A stretch of 64,000 nt of DNA, taken from the NCBI RefSeq assembly GCF_018350175.1, contig NC_058374.1:2976001-3040000 (forward strand). The letters run 5' to 3'. This DNA comes from Felis catus. Its lineage: Eukaryota. Below, one piece after another: positions 63,281-64,000 of the stretch; the stretch's first letter is position 1, and each line of letters begins with the position of its first letter. The notes beneath the pieces are model-generated. The model was not told the DNA's origin, did not search any database, and saw only the letters and a list, made by a program, of their open reading frames with translations. Position numbers and translations under genes: made by a program.

Positions 63281-64000
63281 TTTGACTCCCCCTTCCATTT
63301 CTCTGAAATTGAACCTCGGAACATCCCAATTTATACTCAGTATTGCATTCTTTGGGAACCCGCATCTACCCCATTTCACAAAGGTGTTCAAGAGCCCAAC
63401 ATGAGTGATAAGCGTGCAATAAGGCAGTAAAGTAAGAGCATGCAGAAAATAGAAGGAATCGTGTCTTGCTGTTCATAAAGCAAATCTATCTCTAAACTCT
63501 CCAAGGAAGTGCTAAGAGAATTATCACCAATACCTAAAAACTTCCTATGAAAGATGGTGATCAATACTGACCCCTGTCAAGATGACAAGGGCCAAGGGAA
63601 AGCTTTGCGTTAGACAACTCTTAATTTAGACACCACCCTCTCTTTAAAACGATCTTCAGTTGACCTCAAACACAATAGTAGCTAAAAAAAAAAAAAATCA
63701 AAAATGAAAGGCAAATTCAGAGTAACCTAGGGGATATTTTAAATATGAAAAAATCCCAGCTGTCTTGACAACTTTGCTTTTTGAAATGTCAGCAGCAAAC
63801 ATCACCGTTCGGAGCACCAATTTCTGGTTGGCTTTCTGGATGGAGAAAAGGATGATCACAAATTAAACTGAGGACAAAGGAGGAAAGAGAGATCCTCAAA
63901 TTCTCTGTGCATCAGCATGAGTCGGGGAAAAAAAGTCTCTCCACGTTGTCAAAAGAGGACCTGGAGACAAAATGTCTGTGAACTGTAGCCAAGGCGAGCG

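Overview
Mammalian, almost certainly felid (cat family), genomic DNA. I find no protein-coding exon I can support, so the window reads as intergenic or deep-intronic. It holds 26 carnivore tRNA-derived Can-SINEs (SINEC_Fc type), all within the first 46.6 kb, including four tandem or nested pairs. Other repeats: one young intact gammaretrovirus-like solo LTR with a 4-bp TSD (13750-14160), a decayed and internally deleted ERV-L gag-pol fossil (about 61865-63280), MaLR/ERVL LTRs, L1 pieces (one 5'-inverted), and L2, MIR and DNA-transposon remnants. There are also a CpG-rich block with poly-G tracts at the left end, several repeat-free blocks dense in homeodomain-type motifs that look like developmental enhancers, and two assembly gaps. 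Most ORFs in the supplied track come from SINEs, simple repeats or high GC. I see no evidence of a new multi-gene system; the best leads are retroelement and regulatory observations. Repeat family names come from remembered consensus sequences, not from a search.
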